Source: Phoronis australis
Lineage: Eukaryota; Animalia; Phoronida
Direction of reading: 5' to 3'
Length of the DNA: 64,000 bases
NCBI GenBank assembly: GCA_002633005.1
Contig: NMRA01000036.1
Span: 434,001-498,000 of the forward strand
In this document: positions 12,024 through 23,100 of the stretch, piece after piece
Layout of the letters: every line of letters begins with the position of its first letter
Position numbering within the stretch: the first letter of the stretch is position 1
Position numbers and translations under genes: made by a program
The notes under the pieces: generated by a model
The model's database searches: none
What the model was told of the DNA's origin: nothing
The model's input: the letters and a program-made list of their open reading frames with translations, nothing else

Positions 12024-13991
12024 CTACTGCTTCCGACAAAGAAACCACTTTTTAAAGATAGAGCAGGTAGCGCTCCTTTCTGTCCTCAGGGCATCGGTGA
12101 CATGTTCCCAAGTAGCTTTCCCTGGTCCCTGAAACATCAGTTGGGACGCATAGTGGAATCTCTTGTTAGATTGAGTCTCACAGTTGATGAGACCCATGAG
12201 CTCGCACACCTTAATTAAGTCGCCGTAGTGAGTTATACAAGGATTGTCCTTCAACAAAGTTGCGTCTCGAAAATCTAAAAACTGCGCCTTGTACAAACCA
12301 TTAACTTTAATCACTACAATGCTGTCCGGATTCACGGCTCTCAACAAAACGCCTGCTCTGTTGAGAGCATTAATTTGTTCACATATCGTGATTAAGATGT
12401 CAATCCAGTCTTGGTCCCTCAGAGGAGTAAACCCAAGCGTTTCCTTCTTGTAGTCGCTAAGAAGTTCGCGGATTGTCTTCCCGCTGCGACTATTGTTTCC
12501 TGCAAAGTCAAATAAAATTCCCCACGAATAGTGAATCGCGCTTTCTTCCAACGGGAAAAACCCTCTAAATTGAGGCCCGATTCCTTTCCCATTGACAAAC
12601 TGGAACACTTCAACCTCTCTCCTGACCTCATATAAAGATGACGATTCTTTGTAAAATATTTTGAGGGCGTAAAACATCTGCTGTCGCTCAACTAGATAAA
12701 TACAACCATAATTTCCTCGATCAATGACGACAGGCTTTCCGTCACGATAAACGTAATTGTAACTCATGGGGTCGTGAACAACATTCTCACCAACGTTAAT
12801 ACATGTAGCAAAGTCTGGCAGATCGAGAAGCGGTGGAAAGGAAAAAGCAGGTTCATATCCAGACCAACTTCTTTTGTTTCTACCACGCTTTTTCATAGAA
12901 AATACTGATTTCACTTTACGAATTGCTCTCTGAAAAACTGATAACTTTTGGACATCGCCTTGTCTGTCTAAGTCATCTGCGTCGTCGCTCATACCAGGTA
13001 CTGGCACAAATCGAGTTTCTGTAACTTCTTCCGGGAACATGTGCAGAGCACCATCTGAAGGCCTAAACGAGCCCAAGTTCTTCGCGGAGTTCGGATTGCT
13101 GTCATCTTCACATCCTTTGGAACCTCCACAGCATGCACGCGGTGATAACTCGTCAATCTTGGCTACATCCTCGTATTCGTGACATCCCGAACTATCGACG
13201 TGCGGCAGTGTGGTAGCTCTGTGTGGCTCATGACTGACGTTCAAACAATGCACACGGTTATTACGGAAAGATCGCTTTTGTTTTGTTCGTTTTTTGCCAA
13301 CAACAGAACATCCAGGTAGAGGTGACTCGTTACTCTTGACCTCATGACCTTTTCCTCTCAACAGGATAATGTCTCCAGGTGGTTCTCGGTTGTTACTCAT
13401 ACATGTTGTATCGTATTGTAACATCCCTTTTTCGGCATCATCAAAGCAACCAGGAGGAGGTGAGTCGTTACTATTAGTCTTCACCTCGTAAAAATCCCCC
13501 ATAATTTTTATTTGTGGCTCTTGATGACCACTCGAGCAATTTGTATTGCTGTCATGTATGGCTCTATTTTGTTTTTGTTTTTTGTCCTCACCAGGGAAAC
13601 CATAGGAGGATAAGTCGTCTCTCTTGGCCACCATCTGATCCTCGTGCGGGATGATGTCACTTTGTGGCTTTCCACTGGCACTCAAGCAATTTGCCCGGTT
13701 GTTACTTGAATTTTTGTTTTGTTTTGACCGTTTTTCGGCATCCTCAGAATATGCAGACGGAATTAATTCGTCTCTTGTGTATACCAGCTGGTAATGGTCG
13801 TCTCTCGACTCGTACTCATCCTTACCCGGGATGATATCTCTAAGTGGCTCTTGAAAACCACTGGAGCATTGTGCATTGCTAAAATGCATTGTCCGTAATT
13901 CTTCAATTTTTTCTTTCGCTTGCTCCCGTGCTATATACAGTTTGAGTCTCTCATTCGTCCTCTTCAGGATGTCTTTTTTATTTGTAATCAT
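12024..13991 (-). CDS. Intronless protein with repetitive N-terminus and C-terminal protein-kinase-like domain (predicted pseudokinase)
   Basis: 655-codon open frame ending TAG TAA. Kinase subdomains in order: DRGNYG (Gly loop), YALK (beta3 Lys), VRREVE (alphaC Glu), VLLRAVNPDSI (equivalent of IHRDLKPENI), FLDFR (equivalent of DFG). Confidence 0.85.
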   Translation of the reverse strand: MITNKKDILKRTNERLKLYIAREQAKEKIEELRTMHFSNAQCSSGFQEPLRDIIPGKDEYESRDDHYQLVYTRDELIPSAYSEDAEKRSKQNKNSSNNRANCLSASGKPQSDIIPHEDQMVAKRDDLSSYGFPGEDKKQKQNRAIHDSNTNCSSGHQEPQIKIMGDFYEVKTNSNDSPPPGCFDDAEKGMLQYDTTCMSNNREPPGDIILLRGKGHEVKSNESPLPGCSVVGKKRTKQKRSFRNNRVHCLNVSHEPHRATTLPHVDSSGCHEYEDVAKIDELSPRACCGGSKGCEDDSNPNSAKNLGSFRPSDGALHMFPEEVTETRFVPVPGMSDDADDLDRQGDVQKLSVFQRAIRKVKSVFSMKKRGRNKRSWSGYEPAFSFPPLLDLPDFATCINVGENVVHDPMSYNYVYRDGKPVVIDRGNYGCIYLVERQQMFYALKIFYKESSSLYEVRREVEVFQFVNGKGIGPQFRGFFPLEESAIHYSWGILFDFAGNNSRSGKTIRELLSDYKKETLGFTPLRDQDWIDILITICEQINALNRAGVLLRAVNPDSIVVIKVNGLYKAQFLDFRDATLLKDNPCITHYGDLIKVCELMGLINCETQSNKRFHYASQLMFQGPGKATWEHVTDALRTERSATCSIFKKWFLCRKQ

Positions 13992-14278
13992 ACCAACTAT
14001 TTGTGTGAGGCCCTACACCTCCACTAACCAAAACAGTAATCTTGTTTTGTCATGAACAGTCACGTGCATAACAATTACGAATGAATATTTGTTACGTCAT
14101 CGTTTATGGTGTAATAACTACAGTGACGTATTTTTACAAAAACATCGCACACATCGCAGATACAAGAGGTGATTACTATTTTAAACATTCCCACTAAATG
14201 AAGCAACGTTAGTAAACTTAAAATAATGTCTAGGGAGCCCAACAGCAAGCCACCAATGCTCCCCTCAGTCACCTGCTG

Positions 14279-14330
14279 TATATATACATATGCATATACA
14301 ATACATATACATACATACATACATACATAA
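14279..14330. repeat. (CATA)n/(TA)n microsatellite
   Basis: atacatacatacatacat tract. Confidence 0.85.
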
Positions 14331-14999
14331 ATACACCATGTGTCGCAGCTTGACTTCTTCAAAAGTCAGACTGACAGCGCTCACTCTATAAACTTCTCCT
14401 TTATTGTTTCTTAATCTGTCGTCTGAAGTGTACGTTGATAAGATATAATACTGGTTTGTTTCAATTTTATATCGATCATAAGTCTTTAAAGCCTTAGATG
14501 CGGGAATGCGTTAAGTCAACAAGAGTTGTGATTACGGGTAATTTGTGACGGAATGTGAGATAAAGATTTCGGGAAATGTGTGATGTTTAGCATTAAAAAG
14601 CTCAACCTATCAATGACAGTTAAAAACCTCTTAATTAGTCATGGATTTAGATGAGAAATACTGACCAATAGATTTTTTGACTATATATATAAAATTTTCC
14701 TCTATCTGTTGCTGATAATCTGTCATCATAGAGAGCACAAGAGCCACCAACACAGTGGTAGTAGTAGCTATCAATGATTTCAGTTAGGCGGGTTTAGTCA
14801 ACTAGGGACCCGGGCATCGTTTTGTACTGCTGGAGGCGTTTAAAGCCCGCCGCTGTGTTGAGGGTCAGTCGTGCGTGCGCCACAGCACTTGTAAAATCCA
14901 GATGAACGCAAGACCTGGATAGCCGATAATCAATAGTTAATGTTGAAATTCCACCTGAAACGATTCCAACCAGCATTCAAATGGCCCATACACACAGAC

Positions 15000-15730
15000 G
15001 AACAATACATCAAAGCGACTAGATTTCTTGCCAGTGCGCAGCTCGGGCTCGTTTGCGCACACAATTCTTCTCNAAACCCAACAAGGAACTCCAAAGAATC
15101 ACAGAGAAAGAAAAAAAAAACATGTCACTAGAGGGCACAGCGGTAGTCAGATCTGTCTGAAGGTCGTCGACATCCGTTGTCTCATTCATGCAAATAAACA
15201 AGCCAAATTTAACAGAGACCTTGCAGAGGGTTTAGGAGGAACAGCCACAGACGTAATGATGCAACTACCTCTGGGAGGCGTCACAGCAGTCCAAAATTTA
15301 TCGTCAGCCGTTTCCTTCCCAATCGTGCATCTTTTCGCAATCCTCCAGAGTGGTGAGGCCAACAGAGAGGCGGTCATAGCCTCTTTAATAAAACCAATTT
15401 GCCAAATTTCATAAACGTCTGTACGGGAACTCCAGACACAGAGGGAAACGGAAATAAAATTGCCACAGGTCGCACAACGTAGTCGGATCCGTTCGAAAGT
15501 CGTAGCCACCTTCACGTTAATACTCTTGCCAAATTTAACAAAGACAAATAAAACCTCTTGGTCAAATTTCACGAAATTCTGTTAAGGAACACCAAAAACA
15601 CAGAGGTAAAGGTGGAAATCAATAATTGCCCCTAGAGGTCACAGCAGTTGTCTGATGGACTAAGTCATATAGGAATACCTGCGAAATTTCACGAAGATGC
15701 TGCCTGGGGTTTAGGAGATACAATAGTCGA
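15000..15730 (-). mobile_element. HINE-like (Helentron-associated) non-autonomous element, reverse orientation
   Basis: Its reverse complement matches the subunits at 35.2-36.0 kb and 49.4-53.1 kb (e.g. ggtttaggagataca = rc tgtatctcctaaacc; agatctgtctgaa = rc ttcagacagatct). Terminal hairpin gtgcgca...tgcgcac at about 15034-15060. Confidence 0.65.
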
Positions 15731-16782
15731 TGTCAGATGCCCAGAGATGATTGTAATAAGCGACCTTATTTGAAAATGTGAGCCAATAGTAAGTAATTTT
15801 TGGACCCAACAATTGGCTAAATGTTGAATAATTTCCAATTTATGCTTTGAATGGTGACAGGTTAGGCGTGCTAGCAATTATGAAACAGCGAATAAAACTC
15901 GTCACTTATTAGGAAAATATCAAGCTGAATTAAAACCCAAATACATTTATTTAATTTTGTTTATCACATAATAAAACAATTTATATCACATGTTATTAAT
16001 AACATGATATATATATTATACATTACTCATCATGTAACAATGACCACAAATGTCTGCAAGCAATGACAGGCACACGAACCAACAAGTTCAAAATGCAATA
16101 GGCAGTGATGTCCAAACAGTCCACCTTCAGAAATCCATGCTTTTAGGAAGCACCCTAGTCTTGCTGTTTTACACATAACAAGGCCTCCTACCAACTAGCG
16201 CCATCTAGAGAACAGCCAGTCTCCCATCAGCATAACGTACACCAACAATTCTCAAAATACATCTAGCGTCAGGGGTAAACTTTGCTGTCAAGACCACAAC
16301 TTTCTTAATCTAAAATACAAGTTTTTGCAATACTTACAGAATATATATGTATGTTACAGGTTCCATAAAATCCGCTACTGTAAAATTTAAATGTTCATTC
16401 TAAACCACCTCACACAAGGTGGCAGCACGTGTCCATTGTGCCTCTCGACTCTTACATAGTATGAAGCCTTGAATGTAGAACCAGGTTACAGAAATGCCCA
16501 CTGCACCTTCACTTTACACCAGTTTTCCAGTGGGATGGTTTCCAGATTTCACAAATTATTTTTCCAAAACATAATTACTCTTATGTCAAGCATGACTGAA
16601 TGCATGCTCTCCCAATATGATTCACAACTGAGGATTTAAACAATGACAGTTGTCACAAGGTTTACTATTTCTTTCATTTGTCATGACTTTTCCTTTTTAT
16701 TGTCATTTTCCAAGTTTTCCAAGAGAGGGAGCTAAATGTATGCTTAAAGTCACAACCAGCCATGCTCTACTATAGCCCATCA

Positions 16783-17145
16783 TCAGTCAAATGTTTTCTT
16801 CTTGTTCTGTCCACCACTGCCATTCACACTAATGCTCTGTTTGAATCCACCACCTCGACCACCTCTGAAACCACCCCCACCCCTGGGGCTTCCCCGGGGA
16901 CTACCCCTGAAGCCACCCCTTCCACCACCACGTCCGCCGAACGATCCCCGTCCCCTGCCACCNCCACGTCCACGACCTCCTCCATTGAAGCCCCTACCAC
17001 CACCGCCGAAGCCCCTTCCCGGCGAATCAAACGACTCCATCAACTCGGGAAGTTCTGTGGCCTTTTCCAGTGTGTCATACTTTCCATCTTGCCAGTTATC
17101 AACAATGACCTGGTCATGCTCACTTGGCAGGTCGAAAATGCAACC
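16783..17145 (-). CDS. DDX21: DDX21 last exon (end of GUCT plus RGG tail)
   Basis: GCIFDLPSE...[11 protein letters not shown], then GGRG/FRGG repeats, KKKTFD and TGA. One N lies at 16963. Confidence 0.92.
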   Translation of the reverse strand, partial: GCIFDLPSEHDQVIVDNWQDGKYDTLEKATELPELMESFDSPGRGFGGGGRGFNGGGRGRXGGRGRGSFGGRGGGRGGFRGSPRGSPRGGGGFRGGRGGGFKQSISVNGSGGQNKKKTFD

Positions 17146-20100
17146 CTGAAAAACAAAGCCATAGATCAGCCAGAGGTCGTAGTGAATTAGAGCAACTAAG
17201 TCAGCTGGGAGATGTTAATTGAGCTTGACAGCGAACGGCATATGGGAAAAGTAGCTGGCAATCAATAGTTGCAGTCAACAATCACTAGAGAGCGAAAATG
17301 GCACTCTGTTGTGATCTATGCACGGAGAAAAGGACGCCATGCTTGAATAAAGTAATCTAAAACACTGATTAGAAATACAATGTACCATCTTATCCTTGCA
17401 CATTCTCATTCTTGAGATGGTGTCCTTGACCTCGACTGGTATGAGGCGCTCCAGTGACCTCCACACATAACCCACTCTCTCTAGCTCCATGTTGGTCCTG
17501 AACAGATATGTGGTGTAGCCCTGCAAAATAAAAGGACAGTTAGAAAACAAAAGAACGGTTACCCAACAAAAGACCAATATCTCACCAACAGGATGTGTTC
17601 ATTAAGGATAGCATCTTTTCACTTGGAAATAACATATGGTCGTGAAATTACTCCTGAAAAAAGACGAAACTGGAAACCAAATAAGAGGAAATCGAAGCAA
17701 AAAAAGAGGAGAGCCTCTTAATTAAAAGGGGAAAATTCCAAGCCCTGTGGGATGGCTATACCGCAGAGTGGGATCATGGGAAAATGTGATGATTTGATAA
17801 CATTTACTAAAATTATTTTCATTGAAAAAATTTCCTGCTACAAATGTTTCACGATACTGGTATAATTGATCAACCTACACATACAACCAATTCGCAAGAG
17901 AAAATTACTATTGAAATAGTGCCAAAAAAGCAAATCACTTAGACCCTGTCACACTCTTTGTTTTTGCAAGGTTAAGTATACAACGGTACACAATTTACAT
18001 GCTAATCGCTGACATCACTGAACATAAACACTCCGTACAAGTGTCCCACTGAAGACTGCAGCTGACTCAAACTAAACCATTGGGAAATTCAGACATGGGG
18101 TCTCACCTCCTGGGAATTCTGCAGAGATCTGGACTTTATCGTTGTGTGACCAGAGATAACAGCCAGCGCTGCTGACAGGACAGCCACAGCACCCCTCTCC
18201 TCGATCAGTGATTCTGCCAACTCCTTGAAGTGATCAAGAGTGGAGTCGGAAATGCCTTCTAGTGACCTGTGATGAGATTGAGAGCACGTGAGAAATAAAG
18301 CACAGGGATTCTTGCCTGTCATTACTGAAAACAACACATAAGGCAAAGCCAAGGTTTGTACAAACAAAAATGAGCCAATTCAATTTCTGTCTGTGATAAG
18401 CACTGTAGAACTTGTACTAGATCGAAACACATAGCCGAGGTTTCCCCTCACCCTAAATTACATGGTAAGTCTGTTCTCCTTNTATGCTCGAATAATCTAA
18501 AACACTGATTAGAAATACAACGCACCATCTTATCCTTGCACATTCTCATTCTTGAGATGGTGTCCTTGACCTCGACTGGTATGAGGCGCTCCAGTGACCT
18601 CCACACATAGCCCACTCTCTCTAGCTCCATGTTGGTCCTGAACAGATATGTAGTGTAGCCCTGAACAAGAAAAGGACAGTTAGAAAACAAAAGAACAGAT
18701 ACCCAACAAAAGACCAATATCTCACCAACAGGATGACTTGTGTTCATTAAGGATAGCATCTTTTAACTTGGAAATAACATACGGTCGTGAAACTACTCCA
18801 GCACACTACCAAAATTACTGATACAAAAAGTGATAGGATCATGGCTTGGAATGACCAATGAGGAAAATTTTCCATGTGATGTATCGTTCTTGTGCAATAT
18901 AACTATGTTTTTGTTTTGTAAAATTTAACTGAAATCAACGTTTTTGAATCAATAAAGTCAACATAATGATAAAAAAGTTGAAAAAGAGGAAAATGGAAAT
19001 CAAATAAGAGGAAATCGAAGCAAAAAAGAGGAGATCCTATTAAAAGAGGAAAATTCCAAGCCCTGTGGAATGGCTATACTGCAGAGTTGGATTATGGGAA
19101 AATGTGATGATTTGATAACATTTACTATAATTATTTTCATTGCCAAAATTTCCTGCTTCAAATGTTTCACGACACTGGTATAATTGATCAATCTACACAT
19201 ACAAGCAATTCGCAAGAGAAAATTACTATTGAAATAGTGCCAAAAAAGTATATCATTTAGACCCTGTCATGCGCTTTGTTTTTGCAAGGTGAAGTATACA
19301 ACGGTACACAATTTACATGCTAATCACCTACATCACTGAACATAAACACTCCGTACAAGTGTCCCACTGAAGACTGCAGCTGACTCAAACTAAACCATTG
19401 GGAAATTCAGACATGGGGTCTCACCTCCTGGGAATTCTGCAGAGATCTGGACTTTATCGTTGTGTGACCAGAGATAACAGCCAGCGCTGCTGACAGGACA
19501 GCCACAGCACCCCTCTCCTCGATCAGTGATTCTGCCAACTCCTTGAAGTGATCAAGAGTGGAGTCGGAAATGCCTTCTAGTGACCTGTGATGAGATTGAG
19601 AGCACGTGAGAAATAAAGCACAGGGATTCTTGCCTGTCATTACTGAAAACAACACATAAGGCAAAGCCAAGGTTTGTACAAACAAAAATGAGCCAATTCA
19701 ATTTCTGTCTGTGATAAGCACTGTAGAACTTGTACTAGATCGAAACACATAGCCGAGGTTTCCCCTCACCCTAAATTACATGGTAAGTCTGTTCTCCTTC
19801 ACATGGCTCATAAGATAAGTTGAATTTCACCTTAATGGGAAAAAATCTGACTGGTTGGATCTGAATTACGCAAGTTTTACTGCAATATCTTCAATCAAAA
19901 TATTTTTTTTTGATTGACTCAAAATACACAGACAGCCATTTTCATCGCTACAGTGCACCACTTGAAAAAATAAAATTTGATGTTCAGGTAGTCAGCAAGA
20001 AAAATAGAACTAAAACAAACTAGTACAAATTATAAAAGTACTCACTTGACAGCATCCTTGGCAGCCGTGTCTATGAGGTCATTAGTCGTAGGTGCACCGA

Positions 20101-23100
20101 TTCTTTTGAATGTTATGCCCTGTAGGAAGATATGTGAGCAATGATAACAGCACCATAAGTTCAATACCTCCTAATTCGCTTTCAAATGCTCTTAATAAAT
20201 GTATCTCAAAAATTTAAATAGAAAAGACTACATAATTACCAATAACTTAACCAGAGCTTTTATTTAAAAACAAAACTTTTGTGACCATCATAAGGGCTGT
20301 TCCAGTAAAATCCGTGTGGGAGGGGGGGGGGACGGCAGTAGAAATAAAAATTCATGGGTGGTGGTCTTCAGAAAAAAACTCAAATTATGGGTGGTCGTTC
20401 CTGTAAAAAGTGATGCATTAAAAATGGGTGGTATTTTTTGACCTGTTAATGTTGACAGGTTGGTTACTTCAGCCGTCAAAACTCAAAAAAATGCAATTGG
20501 CATACATCCTAACTTATCCCAATACAAAAAAGCCCATATTGCCAGTGAACAGAGTGCAATATGTTCACTAAGCCATTAATCAAGTCATGGGCAACTTGAT
20601 TTGAGCCAACTGTTTGTCTGCAGTCCTATTGAATTGAAAAGTTATGCAACACTAAACTGGTGTTAACACATATAAGAAAATTGATGATTTTTAAATAAAA
20701 AGTATGAGGAGTAAGATAAACAAGTTCCAATATTCACTTGACATAGAAGTATAAAAGAGTTCGTGGAGACAGTTTGAGATTCATAGATCCTTATAATTGA
20801 AAAAATGTTCATTGAAATTATAGACACATGGTGAACAGAGACACCTGGTGGCTGCCAAAAGTATTGCTCACAGGCTACTTTAGTTTTTGACAATATTGGA
20901 CAAGACAACTAGTTCTTGTCTGTCAATCATCTAAGTTCTTAACAGGTCCTCCTGGAGGCAATTTGTTTGCAAGTGTTGGATTTTATATTTTAACCTATTA
21001 AAAATAATTAAAAAATTATGGGTCATGGGTTGGAGAAATAAATGAAAAATACGGGCGGTGGGTATGAAATAAAAGTGCCTTCCCCCCCCTCCCATACAGA
21101 TTTTGCTGGAACAGCCCCAAGTTTTGTCTAAGGCTTAATTACAAATTACTGTTTCTCCGCCAGCTACATGAACAATTAATAAATTTGCTAGCTGATTTAT
21201 CGAAACACTACACTACATGTAAAACATCACTTCACTTTTAACCATGACCAGGTATAAGCACCTCTAAATTGGCACAATGCTCAATCTATAAACATCACAT
21301 CAGTCAACTTACGGCTCTTCTCTCCACTGTCTTGAGGTCCCACTCCTCGTTAGGTTTGTAGAAACATATACAGACACCCTGCCGGCCAGCTCTGCCTGTG
21401 CGCCCTGAACGATGGATATACGAGTCTACATCCTGCAAATAGACACACATCAGTACAAGAATCACTCGCTGCTAAAATAATATATAACAATTTTCAATAA
21501 AAATTTTGAAAATTCCCTCACAGCTGTAATTAGGACGAGCCGAAACAAAATTTAAATAAATCAACTTACGGGCAATGCATTTTCATGATGAACCAATTCA
21601 TGAACTCCATTCTGTCAGCGATTTCATGCGTAGAAAGAAATGCTGACTGCCTCGCTTTACTAACAAACCAAATCAAGGGATTTCACTACAAAACATGAAC
21701 CAATCCCATGGTTTTCAAAAACGGCACTACATGAGACTTTTCAACATGATACTGCGCAACACGACGATAGAAAATTATTTCCGCTTCTCACAGATCACCA
21801 AAGAGAAATCGGGAAGAGATGAGCCTTTAAATCTCAGCAGAGAATGCTGTGCAACCACATATTTTAGCAGTAGTATTTCATTGTCTGGCAGAATTGTCTC
21901 ACCTTGGGTGGAGAACATTGCACTACCAAGTCTATCTCTGGAATATCCAAGCCTCTGGCAGCAACATCAGTTGTCACTAAACACTTGTATTTGCCTTCTC
22001 TGAATTTCTGAAAACAAAATACTTATTACTTCTACAGGTACGATGTCTGTGAAAATATTAAAAAAATATTCGAATCAGGCGATTATAGCTACGCTAATGC
22101 CAAACACAACCAATAAGATAAGGTAGAATAAAAATCCACAACTTACAATGGTTCAAGTTAGATTGGAAAACCCATACAATGTATATAATCACACAGTCGT
22201 CAATGTGTCTGACTAAAAAGCTACAATTCCACTGGCTGGTCGTCCTGCTGGCAAGCAAATTTTCAGCACAGTCAGGCACTCGATCGTTCCTTAGTCCGTT
22301 GTTCAAATAATCAAATTTTGTCCTCACTGCAGGTTTTTAATTGCAATATTAGGATTGCTGAGAATTTGGAGACTCTATGGTTGAAAAATTCCAAAATGTT
22401 ATTTCCTGTATACGTAGAGCATAATGTATTTAGGTGGCATAGAATAGTTAGGCTGTGGCCGCGGCCAATTTGCACTCCCAAAATGTTAAAATCTAGGGCT
22501 AGGCCAGGCTTGGGCAGGGCTCGACGCTATTACAATCGCCAGGTCGCATTTTGCGACCTAGCCAAAATCCCAGGTCGCATTTTCAAAATCCAGCTCGCAT
22601 TCGTAAATGCCAGGTCGCAAAATTTTCCCGCCATTTTTACGCGCCAAAATAGATTTTTTAGATCATCTAGAAAATGTTTAGATTATGCTCTGCAGCGTTA
22701 AATACTCACAAATTTGGGATCTCAAAATTGACTTCATTCATGCAGGTACGGCCTTACTGTTCTTCACGACCGCCATTGAAAGACTNCAGATTTGCAAAAA
22801 AACTAGTTGGTTGACAGTACTTTTGGACCACATTTTTGGAATCGGTAGGAAATTTGCTTTTGGAATCTAATGTTGGCTTTAGTCGAGCATCGGCAGGAAA
22901 GTGGTGATTTTGGGGTGAAAAGTGCCAATTTTGCATTTTTTGCCCTCATTTTTCTTAGTTCAGCTTGGTTTCCACTGGGAGTGAATAGGTCAAAAATACA
23001 ATAGAGAATAAAGTTTCTGTGCTCATCTGTAGGGCTTGTGATGTGAAATGACTCAAAACATTTCCTTATTTGCATGCAGTTTTTGACAAAGTGAAGAAAG

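Larger units (their letters stand above)
17353..19799. repeat. Tandem ~1.1-1.3 kb duplication containing DDX21 exons 13-14, joined at an N
   Basis: 17353-18481 matches 18493-19799; N at 18482. Confidence 0.9.

Noticed and set aside
16762-17190. Thr/Pro-rich and poly-Pro ORFs on the + strand
   Set aside because: They are antisense shadows of the Gly/Arg-rich last exon of DDX21.
21586-21646. C/D-box-like ATGATGA...CTGA
   Set aside because: It is antisense to the host DDX21 intron and has no recognisable rRNA guide. I found no convincing sense-strand C/D snoRNA by eye, and H/ACA RNAs cannot be excluded without a search.
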